Assembly: GCA_033442325.1 (NCBI GenBank)
Contig: JAWQFM010000012.1
Coordinates: forward strand, 560,122 to 624,121
Reading direction: 5' to 3'
DNA from: Salpingoeca rosetta
Taxonomy: Eukaryota; Protista; Choanoflagellata
DNA length: 64,000 nt
In this document: in pieces, positions 60,917-64,000 of the stretch
How positions within the stretch are numbered: the first letter of the stretch is position 1
Layout: each line of letters starts with the position of its first letter
Notes under the pieces: model-generated
Databases searched by the model: none
Told to the model about the DNA's origin: nothing
The model's input: only the letters and a program-made list of their open reading frames with translations
Translations under genes and position numbers: made by a program

Positions 60917-62182
60917 CTAGTGACCGCCATGAGGCGGTTGTGGTGGTGGCGGGCGGCGGTGTTGTTGATGCTGCTGCGGTGGCTGCTGCATCTTTGGGCG
61001 TTTCGCTGGGTGGGGCTGGCGGCCATGCGGGTGTTGCGGGTTGCCGTGTGGCGGGCCGTGCCTGTAGTGCTGTGGCAAGTGCTTGCTGCCCTTGCTGCCA
61101 TGGTGAGCAGCACCAGCAGGGTGGCCGTGCCCATGTGCATGCCGCCCGCCGCCGCGATGCGCCTGCTGCGACTGCTGCTGCTGCTGATGAGGGCGAGGGT
61201 GGTGGCGTTGGTGCCGGCCACCACTGCTGCCGCGTTGGTGCTGCTGCGGGTGCTGCTGCTGCTGCCGTGGCTGTACATGCGCACGTGTGTGGCCGCTTGG
61301 TGGCCGGGGTGCGTGGTGGCCACTCGGGCGACGTGACATCAACGGCTGCCCACGCTGGCCCGATGCTGCTGCAGCTGGTGCTGGTGGTGCTGATGGTCGG
61401 CCATTCTGCTGCTGCGGTGGCGGTGGTGGGGGAGCACCTGGTGCAGAGGTATCACGCGGGCGGCGACGCGGCGGCGGCTTGCGGCGCTCAAGCATGGCCT
61501 TGGCGTCCTCGTGGCACTCGGGGCCAAGGTCGCGGATCCTGGGCAGTGGCAGACGGAAGAGGGGGGGGGGAGAAGGGGTGGTGGTCGGGGTTAACAACAC
61601 GGGGGAACATGAATGAGCGAAGACAGCAAATGAGCAACGCACAAAGGCACACAAGGCACAAAAAAGGCACACACAGACGTACACAGACACACGACACACG
61701 CAGACACACAGACACACAGACACACACACACTCACACACTCACACGAGACACGTGGGGAGAGAAAGCTTACTGTGAAGGGAGGCAGGGCATGGGGTCCTC
61801 CCAGAAGAAGTGGTGGTCGAGGGCGGTGCCAGCTGTCGGGCGCTTGCTGGGATTCATCACCAGCAAATCATCCAGCAGCGCAAGCCCCGAGGCACACTTC
61901 TGCAGGAACCTGTGGTAGTCGGAATGTTGTGAGGGGGGGGGGGAGACGGGGTGAGAAGAAAGACGACAGTCGAGTGCAACTTGGACAAACACGAGCGCAA
62001 ACAGAACACGCCATTCAACCACACACACACACAATTGGACCAAGAAGATATTTGAACAAGCGCGCCAGCAACGCCAGCAACGCCAACACACACACACACA
62101 CTCACACACACATGCAGACAGACACAGACACGACACAGACAGACAGACAGACACAGACACGACACAGACAGACACACACACA

Positions 62183-62233
<51 letters not shown>

Positions 62234-63672
62234 ATACACGCGCGCGCGCAACTGCTACTCACTGTGAGCCGAGTCTCTCCTTGAGCCTGCGCGGGTAGCG
62301 CTTCTTGGGGACGATAAACGATGCGTGTGGCAGCTTGGTGTACTCGGGCCACGACTCCTCCCTCGGGGTGCCGCACGTCTCGCAGATGAGGAGAAACTGG
62401 TCAATCTCGTTGTCCTGCTCCGTGCGCGCATCAACAACGCCGCCCTGGAAGGTGGGGCGCCCCGTGAAGAGCTCGGCAATGATGCACGCGCCACTCCAGA
62501 TGTCAATCGCCTGCGAGTAGCGCTTGTCGCCAAGCAGCACCTCCGGCGGCCGGTACCACCGCTGCACGCACACGACACGACACGACAAGGGCGGGGGTGG
62601 GGGTGGTTGTTGTTGGTGTTGGTGTTCGTGGTTGTAGTGTTGGTGGCGGTGATGGCAGAATGAGGGGAGGTGGATGAAAGTGGCAAGGAGAGCATGGGAA
62701 AGGAGAGCATGGGAAAGGAGAGCATGGGAGCACCACACTGCAAGAAACAGCAGTCACAGCATATTGAACACTGCAATGTTGAGAGGAGCCACGGCAATGA
62801 ACAAACAGGCAAGGGCTTTGGCTTGATTCACAACGGTAAGAAGAGAGGGCAAAAGAAAAACAGGGAGGAAGGTGTGTGTATCCAAGCCATTGGTACTTGG
62901 TGTCACACATACCGTGCACACTGGCAGCGTGTATCTGTTGTTCTTGTCCATATACCGAGACAAGCCTTGTGTGGTAGTACAGGGGACGTGGTGCGGAGGG
63001 GGAATGGAATGGAATGGATGGGATGGGAATGCGCGTCAGCACACACGTGCAACCAGAGGAGGAGGCGGAGTGGTTCATTTGCGAAAGAAAGAGGGACCCA
63101 GCCAACACCACCAAATGCGACAACAACAACAACAGCACAGCGTGAAGCGAGTCACGGTGGTGGGGATGATGATGATGGCGGTGGGTGGATGGGTTGTGGG
63201 AGAGGAGGGAGGGGAGGGGATGGCAGGGTGGAGTTGTGTGTTGTGTGCACAACAGTGCAACACCCACGCTACAACCGCTCCAGCAGTGCCAACCACGTCA
63301 ACCAACTGCGACCACGTGAGCCCATGCCAACAAGCCGTGCGTCAACCACGGGCCAGCCACCCACCAAAGTCGGCAATCTTGAGGATGCCCTTGCGGTTGA
63401 GAAGAACGTTTGCAACCTTGAGGTCGCGGTGCATCACTTTGTTCACATCCAAATAGTGCAGCCCTGAACACACACACACACACACACACACAAGCGTACA
63501 CATACGCACGTATATGAGTGTGTGCGTGTGACATTGAGTGATGTGCTCAGGGAGCACGGGACAAAAAGCGATCAATGTCCGCCGTGACCATGTCGTCATC
63601 GCTACCATTGCCGCCAATGCCAACTTCCATCGCCACCCCCCCAAACCAAAACCAATTCTCGTCATTAACATG

Positions 63673-63728
<56 letters not shown>

Positions 63729-63839
63729 TAACGNNNNNNNNNNNNNNNNNNNNNNNNNNNNNNNNNNNNNNNNNNNNNNNNNNNNNNNNNNNNNNNNNNN
63801 NNNNNNNNNNNNNNNNNNNNNNNNNNNNNNNNNACGACC

Positions 63840-63870
<31 letters not shown>

Positions 63871-63973
63871 GTGTTGTTACGTTCGCTGTGGACGGTTTCC
63901 TCGAGGCGCAGGACGTTTTCGTGGTTGAGCTGCGACAGCAGCCGAATCTCCCGCATCGCCAGGAGCGGGAACT
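60917..63973 (-). CDS. Transcriptional cyclin-dependent kinase, CDK9 family (5' part outside the window)
   Basis: [12 protein letters not shown] (PITALRE equivalent), [50 protein letters not shown], then a Pro/His/Gln-rich tail. Confidence 0.88.
63734..63833. other. Assembly gap
   Basis: Run of N. Confidence 1.
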
Positions 63974-64000
63974 GCAGACACGCACACACACACACACACA

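Overview
Intron-rich eukaryotic DNA with (CA/TG)n-filled introns and four assembly gaps. The HM-motif PTB tyrosine kinases and repeat style point to a choanoflagellate, probably Salpingoeca rosetta (inference). I rebuilt about 16 spliced genes by eye from GT-AG junctions; nearly all His/Thr, Val/Cys and Arg/Glu ORFs in the supplied track are microsatellite artefacts. In order: a tandem receiver-domain (REC-REC)/polyQ/bHLH protein (-); a UBE2E-type E2; a WD40 protein; a FemAB-like GNAT; a PB1-UBA p62/NBR1-like protein; a GT25-like glycosyltransferase; a coiled-coil protein; a DenD-like NAD-dependent SDR; RPL27; an MSL1-like PEHE protein; a gamma-butyrobetaine dioxygenase-like enzyme; TMEM143-like; two head-to-head multi-PTB HM-motif tyrosine kinases; HACD/PTPLA with an extra C-terminal module; and a CDK9-family kinase. 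The best candidate for an undescribed system is the two-component-style response regulator fused to a group-B bHLH DNA-binding domain. Next is the MSL1-like protein, which appears to keep both MOF- and MSL3-binding motifs. All family calls come from motif recognition, not database searches.
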